From contig NW_003314320.1 in assembly GCF_000143415.4 (NCBI RefSeq), positions 796,819-860,818 on the forward strand: a stretch of DNA of 64,000 bases, written 5' to 3'. Below, one piece after another: positions 60,452 through 64,000 of the stretch (the first letter of the stretch is position 1; the number at the start of each line of letters is the position of its first letter). The position numbers and the translations under genes were made by a program. The notes under the pieces were generated by a model. It did no database searches. It was given only the letters and a program-made list of their open reading frames with translations, and had not been told where the DNA came from. Source of the stretch: Selaginella moellendorffii. Its lineage: Eukaryota > Plantae > Lycopodiophyta.

Positions 60452-63400
60452 TAGTGATCTAACGGGTGTTGGACAATTCCAGAATACCAGGTTTGTCGAG
60501 CTCCTTCTTGACTTGCTCCATGAGGTTTGGGTTCATCCGGTAAGGTGCTTGTCGCTTCGGCCGGGCATCCGGGAGGAGGGTGATGGTGTGCAGACATAAG
60601 TCCGGTGAGACTCCTTTCAAGTCTTTGTAGCTCCAAGCAAACAAGTGCTTTTTCTTCTGGAGGAGTCTCAGGCCTTTGTTCCAGAAACTCTCAAAGATGT
60701 CTTTGGCGAGGATGATGTGATGCTGATTCTGGTCGGTGGCAAGGTTGATCTTCTCGAGAGGTTGGTTGGTCGGTATTGTCGGGACATAGGCGACTTTCTG
60801 GTCGAAGTCGACAATGAATGCTGGCTGAGTGGCGATGGTGGTGTCTCTGGTTGTCGGGTTCTTCAATGCTTCGGTAAGCTGGGGTCGCTCTCAGCTGAAG
60901 TCGGCTGCTACTCTAAAGATGTCGATTTCAGCGAGCGGTTCGAGGTCGGGGTAGGCTTGGAGTATTTGCTGTTCTTCATAGTCGTCGAGGCCGGTTTCGA
61001 GGTCATAGTCTTCGAGGTCAACCGGTCGGATGTTCGTCGGAAGGTGTTTCGACGAGTTTGTTGAGACTGTTACTGGACCTTGCGGGCCTTGGAGGAAGAT
61101 CTGGTTGGTCGACTAGTTGTGCATTGCTTGAGCGTGTTTGAGCCACGGGCGTCCGAGGAGGACTGCATAGCCGTCGGAGTCCTTCGGAAGCTTGAGGATG
61201 ACATAGTTGACTGGAACTCTGATGCCTCTGATATTGGTGATGACATTCCGGATAATTCCTCGGGGTCGGACTGATTGGTGGTCGGCCATTCGGACATTAA
61301 ACAACGCTGGCTCAACTGGACCAAGGTTGATTTGTCGGACAAGACTCTCTTCGATGATGTTGATGCCAGAGCCGCCGTCAAGCATGGCTCCTCGGACTTG
61401 GTGTCGACCGATTCGGAGGTCGATGGTTGGAACTTCATTGTCACAGTCTCCGAGTTGTATCTCAGCTTGAAAGGCGTCGACAGTGTCCTTGCTGGTATTC
61501 AGTGCTGGGGCGTCCGTTGGAGGTGTGTTCGGAGGGTTAGTCAGACTTACCAGTTGGTTGACGAGATATGGAGCGATCTTCAAAAGCTGGCCGACAGTGA
61601 TCTGGATGTTTTGGGTGAGGATGGATTCGGCGACAGTTGTATCTCCAATTGAGTTGGCCAAGAGTTGTGCCGGTGGAGCTGTCGGCTGGTTTCTCATTTG
61701 CTGTGTGCTTGACTCGGGCTGTTCTTCATCTTCGGAGTCGAGGATGACTAATTCGGGTGGCTGTTGAGTAAGGTGCTTTTGTACTTTGGCAGCTAGCTGT
61801 CGGCGTTTCTTCCACTCCAGGGTTTGTTTCGGGCGCTCTGAGCCCGTGTTATCTTTGGTGTTTGAGTCTTTATCCGGTCGTTGTCGGTGCTGTGCTCGAA
61901 GTTGTGCTCGAGTCTGGACTGCCAGAACTTGTGGCTCTGGGTCTTCTTCGGGAAATGGGAGTTCGTCAGCTTCAATGAGTCTGGTTGCCGGTGGTTGCTG
62001 TTGCTGTTGGTCTGGCTGTCTGGGCGGCGGCAGTCCGAGTCTTGGAGGGCCTGGCTGGTCTGGGATTCGGGGTTGCCATGGGCGGCTGTTGTAGTTGCCT
62101 TGATATCTCTGGTCTTGATAGCCTTGATATCGGTTGTAGCCTTGATACCCTTGATTCTGGTAGCGTGGATAGGCTTGGCTGTTGTTGTAGTCCATCTGGT
62201 TTTGTCGGTATTGTTGGTATGGCCGGTTGTCGGGTTGTTGGTATCGGTCATTGTAGTAGGGTCGGTTGTTGTAGTTGTTGTTGAATCTCGGTGGTGCGTT
62301 CCATTGTCGCGGCATGTAGTTGTTCCGGGGCGGTCGCCAGTTGTTTGGAGGTGCGGCCGGATATTGGGTCGAATACTCAGGCTGTCAGGGAGGTCTCCGG
62401 GGGAAGTTGGAGATTTGTCAGACTTCAGGTTGGCTGCGGAATCTGCATGTCTTGGCGTCATGGTTGTCTTTCCCACAGATTTGGCACTTAACGAGCTGGA
62501 GTTTGCAGTCGATGGTTGAGTGTCCTTCATTCTTGCATTTTGTGCACTAGACGCCGGTTCGGACATCGGATTTGTTGCCGGATGCAGTGAATTTGGTGAG
62601 GAGCTTCTGGATCTTTCGGATGCCGACTTTGTCCTTGGACTTGCCGGTGAGGCTGTTGAGGAGGTCATCCTCATCTTCCTCGGAGTCGAAGTCTTCCGGT
62701 TCATCAACTCGGGCAGTTTATCGGCGGATTTGAACTTCTTTCAAGTCTTTGGAAAGAGTCTTGTAATCGCTGGTGTTGATTTTGGTGGCAGCTTTCTTCA
62801 AGTGTGAAGCTAGTCCCTGCATGTACCACTGGTATAAAAGTATGTCAGTAGAAGAGCTCTTGCAGCGGTTGGCGTGTTTGGTGAAGCGTTCGGTGTATTC
62901 TTTGAGAGTTTCGCCAGTACGCATCTTGATGTTCTGTATCTTCTGAAGCTTCTCTGACTGGCTGAGTGCTGACTTGAAGTGGTCGGTGAAGGCTTTGGTA
63001 AGGTCGTCGAAGGTGAGTTTCGGGTCAATCGTCTGGAGCCATTCTCCGGCGCGTCCTTTGAGGGTGCATCCGAAGAGGAATGCGAGGTTGTCTTGCTGGC
63101 CATTGACTCGGGCGGCCTCCTTGAAGCGAATGACGTGCTTTTCTGGGTCTTCGGTCTTCTTCCCTCTGAATTGTGGGTAGGTGACAAGCTTGCCGATAAC
63201 CGTGTTGGGGAGTACCATTGTCATGGTGATGATGTCTGGGGGAATGTCTGGTAGACTGTGTGGCAGATTGTTCGGTGGAGCGTTTGGCGGGACGTTTGAC
63301 GGAGCAGTTAGTGGAGTGTTCTGTGGTGGCAGTGTTGATGTTAATGGTAGCAGATGTTCTCCGGCAGGCTTCAGCAAGGTCTCCGGAAAGGATTGTCGGA

Positions 63401-64000
63401 GTATTACCTGTAAATCCGGTTGCTGAAGATCGATGTCTGGTTCTGGTTGTTGGTGGGGTCTGCTGAACGCCTGGTCGAAAAGTTGGTCAAGTGTGTATTC
63501 GGAGGATTGGCCGAACTTGTATTGCTGGTGATGTGCTGGTCGATCGTCTGGGTCGACAATGTATATCGGTTGGAGGCCGTATTCGACTGAGTTGAGCTTC
63601 GGGGAGTCTGGTTGTTGCTGGAAGTTGTAGAAGTCTGGTGCGGAGGCGAACGGTGTGGTCGAGGTAGAAGCTGATACTGGCGTCGAAAACAGTGTGCCGA
63701 GGACTACTGGTGAAGCTGTCGGTACAGTCCAGGAGAAATAAGTTCTTGGGTCGGTTTGTCCTCGGAAGAGTGGGTTGTGGAAGCTGTGTTGGGGAGTGTG
63801 CTGAACTTCTGGCTGGGTTTCTAGCGGGTTCTCCGGTGCTGCAGTTGGAGAAGCAGGCGGTGTCCTAAAATTCTGGTAGCCTTCTAAAATCCTTCCGGCG
63901 TCTTCGCCGGCTGCAATTTTGGGAAACAATTCATCAGTAATGTACCTTTCTCTTTCAGAAACTTGTACAAAGTGGGACCACTGGGTGGCTTTTTCTTTTC
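60452..64000 (-). mobile_element. Ty3/gypsy gag-protease-RT start, a few in-frame stops, RT truncated
   Basis: Gag FRGKKTEDPEKH...LKGRAGEWL, two Cys/His knuckles (~62440-62545), protease AMLDGGSGINII...LLGRPWL, RT lead-in FAWSYKDLKGV...PYRMNP. Confidence 0.88.

Overview
Eukaryotic plant nuclear DNA with very short introns (mostly 44-70 nt), tight gene packing and a PLS-class PPR gene. This is most consistent with the lycophyte Selaginella (inferred, not verified). Two host-gene blocks alternate with transposon nests. Block 1 (1-14 kb) holds PPR, ALG8, PIN, an LRR receptor-like protein and an MFS transporter. Block 2 (27-41 kb) holds a TBC RabGAP, an RWP-RK/RKD factor, a NADAR pseudogene, an RRP44/DIS3-like exoribonuclease, a BORCS5-like gene and a CYP71-clan P450. 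The 16.5-26.5 kb nest is an old Ty3/gypsy element containing a 5S-rRNA-bearing (Cassandra-like) TRIM, which is itself interrupted by a solo LTR, plus a second TRIM. The most striking feature is a >=13.5 kb DNA-transposon-like island (45.1-58.8 kb, left end lost in an N gap) with two divergent genes. One is a DDD RNase-H-fold (Sola1/DUF7869-like) transposase. The other is a reconstructable 10-exon, ~1630-codon gene with ParB-like, degenerate N4/N6 DNA-methyltransferase-like, acidic and FCP1/NIF phosphatase-like segments. About 28 copies of a 22-bp palindrome (ATGGCRTG-N6-CAYGCCAT) are spread through the island, including introns and protein linkers. This suggests an element-encoded, sequence-specific self-recognition system (ParB/parS-like or anti-silencing). 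Domain calls are by eye from motifs and need HMM or structure confirmation.
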